A program made the translations under genes and the position numbers. DNA of 64,000 nucleotides from the NCBI GenBank assembly GCA_951804945.1, contig OX638153.1, forward strand, positions 31,372,001 through 31,436,000, read 5' to 3'. The notes under the pieces were generated by a model, which saw nothing but the letters and a program-made list of their open reading frames with translations, was not told where the DNA came from and searched no databases. This DNA comes from Podarcis cretensis (Eukaryota). Below, piece by piece: positions 61,416 through 64,000 of this stretch (position 1 is the first letter of the stretch; each line of letters opens with the position of its first letter).

Positions 61416-62919
61416 CCCGGCCTTTTGAGTGAAGAACAGTGTGACAATATTTGTCGGTGAAGACAGCAAAGGGCATTGAGGCTGGCTGAGGGGACTGACA
61501 CAGGAAAAGGCAAGACAAGGAGTGGACGAACCAGAGGTTGCCATGGGAGCAGGGAGAGCAGACAATGGCTTCTTCAAGGAAAGCTTTTCCTCGCCAGCCA
61601 GAACATGAGGTGCCTACTGTGGCCATAGCAACACATTTGATATGTGTCATCGGAGTAACCTGGCTGTATTCACTGGACCATTTTTTTAAAAAAAATTAGC
61701 ATTGAAGTTCCCAGAAGTAATATCTGACATCGTTGTTGTTTATTTAAAAAAAAAATCATTTCTAAAAAAATCTACCAGATGGATGCAAACACATTTTCGA
61801 GGTAGAAAGTCATCTTAACCTCCACAGAATTTATTTTTTTAGAAAAGGTCACTTAATCTCACAGCTTCATGAAGCTGATAGAGAAGTTAAAGGGGCACCA
61901 CAACTCCTACCTGGACCAGAAGTGATGATTCCTTAGGAGTGCCTACATTTCCATCCAGCGCATCACCATTGCAATCCAATGACCCCATGACCTCCAACAT
62001 TTCTCTGATGAAAATAGGCACGTCCTATTCCATAACAACAACAACAATTTTATTTATACCCCATCCATCTGACTGGGTTGCCCCAGCCACTCTGTGTGGC
62101 TTCCAACATATATAAAAGCATAATAAAACATCAATCATTAAAAAAATACCTTCTCTTTTTTGTTGAATGTGTTTGGGTTTTCATGGAGTCAAAATGACTT
62201 TATGTTTGTGCTCAGTTTTTAGCACAATAAAAGTGCAAAGGTTACCAGATGAGTTTACAGCCAAGTAAGATGTAACTTTGATTGATTTCATTTGCAAGTC
62301 CCTGTATGTCACTATTGGCTCCCTCCCCTTTCCCATTTCCCAAATAAATTTCCTTTAAATAAATGCTCTGCAACTCCAGATTCATGTTGAAAATCCTGCA
62401 CTTCCAATGCATCCTGTTGCCATTTCCCATAAGCCAACATCCCTGCTGAAAACATGTCACTCAGCACAGCATGGCTCATAAAAAAGAAAATCCTAGTTGA
62501 AACAGGACGTGACTTCACTGATCTATACCTCGTGAGTAGCCAGGCCAGGACATCTGTGCAGACAGCTTGGGGAGGAAGCCGAAAGGATGAGACAAGCAGA
62601 ATCAGAGTCTGGACAGGGTTTCCCAAGAGTAATGATAGAGATGAAGTGTGGATTGAGGGAAAATTGGAGACTGAACTGTCCCAAATCAAAACTCTACACC
62701 CCATGTGAGGTAAACATGGGGTCCAGCTTTGGGTCTGGGCTAAATATTGTTTTGCATAGGGGCTTACCCATCACCTGCTACTCCTCCCTCCCTGCCTCAC
62801 CTTACCTTACCTGATGGCAAGATAGAGTGGTAGTGGGTTCAAGGCCCTTCTTCCAGCAACTGGATTGCTGCAACGACAGTGTACCTGTTGTAAGGAACTC
62901 TGGAAAGTGTAGCTTTCCA

Positions 62920-63360
62920 AGTCTCCTGATATTGCAATAGGGATTCAGAGGCCCTGGGAAGCCACACCTCCTCCCAGGTTATGAATGGCCTGGAGAGAGT
63001 GGATAGAGGAAACTCCCCCCCCCCCATTCATAACAGTAGAAATCGCAGACATTGAATGAAGCGGAATGTTGGAAGACGCAGGCTAGATGCAAGAAACGGT
63101 TTCTTCATTCAGTTCATAAAACTATGGAACTCACTCCTGCGGGATGGCTTTACAAAGAGAAATATGTGGAGAGCGAGGCTATCAGTGGCTACTAGCAACG
63201 GTGGTTCTGTTCTGTCTTGACTGCCAGAGGCATCAGGTCTCTGAAGACCAGTTAGTGGAAACCACAAGTGGGCAGAGTGCTATTGTCCTCATGTCCAGCT
63301 TGCAGGAATCTGGCCAGCCACTGTGAGAACAGGACGCTGGACTCAATGGGCCTTGACCCA
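62920..63360 (+). mobile_element. CR1 LINE 3' end
   Basis: ATGAATGGCCTGGAGAGAGTGG...AAACTATGGAACTCACT...CCACTGTGAGAACAGGACGCTGGAC. Confidence 0.7.
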
Positions 63361-64000
63361 GCAGACATGGCTTAGGCCATCATGTGCTTTTACCTGCATG
63401 TTTGCATTAGTGACTGTGCCAACAACAGCTGGCCTGTGAAAGCTGCCATGGCTTCAAAGATGAAGAAGATCGTTCAGTATGGGAACATGCGAAGGACTGC
63501 CTCTCGTGATTTCCAGCTTTGAGATGGAACTTGGGTTAGTCTAGGATTGCTGGCACAAGCCAAATTAATTGCACCCAAGGGAAGTGGGTGACTCAGACGC
63601 TTGGGACGAACTTTTCCATTCCCCTATACATGCGTAACCCCATACAAATAAGGTCTGACTCGGTCCTATCAAGTGTTAATTGGTCTAGAGGAAAACACAT
63701 ACACACACAGATGCGCGGAGCTTTGCCGTTTTTACAAAGCCCCCCAACACTTCTTTGCCGTCGTGGGGGATTGAAGGCAGCCTTGGTTCTATTCATGCTC
63801 CCCTCCTCATCAGCTGCTCTGCGGGAAGCAGACCCTGTTAGGATGCAAAATAATGTAAAGATGCAGAAGGGGTTCTGGCTGGTTAAACAGAAGACGCTTC
63901 AGTGAGAATTATCCAATTAAACCTCCCTACCCACCCCCCTCAACCCCCCTGCTCCCGCATCTCCCTATTTGCACCAGGAACTCTATCAGCAAAACCAATA

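Noticed and set aside
7110-64000. Additional host exons among the many 60-170-aa ORFs
   Set aside because: None shows a recognisable domain with convincing splice context and most overlap repeats; small or non-coding exons cannot be excluded by eye

Overview
Vertebrate genomic DNA, almost certainly a squamate reptile (three Sauria-type SINEs; probably a lacertid lizard). No prokaryotic features. A CpG island (~4.8-7.1 kb) holds the first coding exon of a minus-strand gene: a signal peptide followed by a phase-1 GT donor, best guess UNC5B, with the rest of the gene lying left of the window. The other ~57 kb is gene-poor upstream DNA, dense with SINEs, L1/L2/CR1 fragments and DNA-transposon MITEs, plus several repeat-free enhancer-like blocks. 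Main highlight: an apparently intact and very young 5,099-bp Ty1/copia LTR retrotransposon (30887-35985, minus). It has identical 313-bp LTRs, a 5-bp TSD and one uninterrupted gag-pol ORF, and its primer-binding site matches the anticodon arm of initiator tRNA-Met (half-tRNA, Drosophila copia-type priming). Other highlights: a complete 1.84-kb RT-less L1-dependent retroposon (43694-45536) with its own CpG promoter, a split ORF1-like frame, a poly(A) tail and a 16-bp TSD; a polyQ uORF flanked by complementary CCG/CGG tracts in the gene's likely 5' leader; and a TIR element with an atypical 6-bp TSD. Repeat family names come from recognising motifs, not from database searches, and edges of old repeats are approximate.
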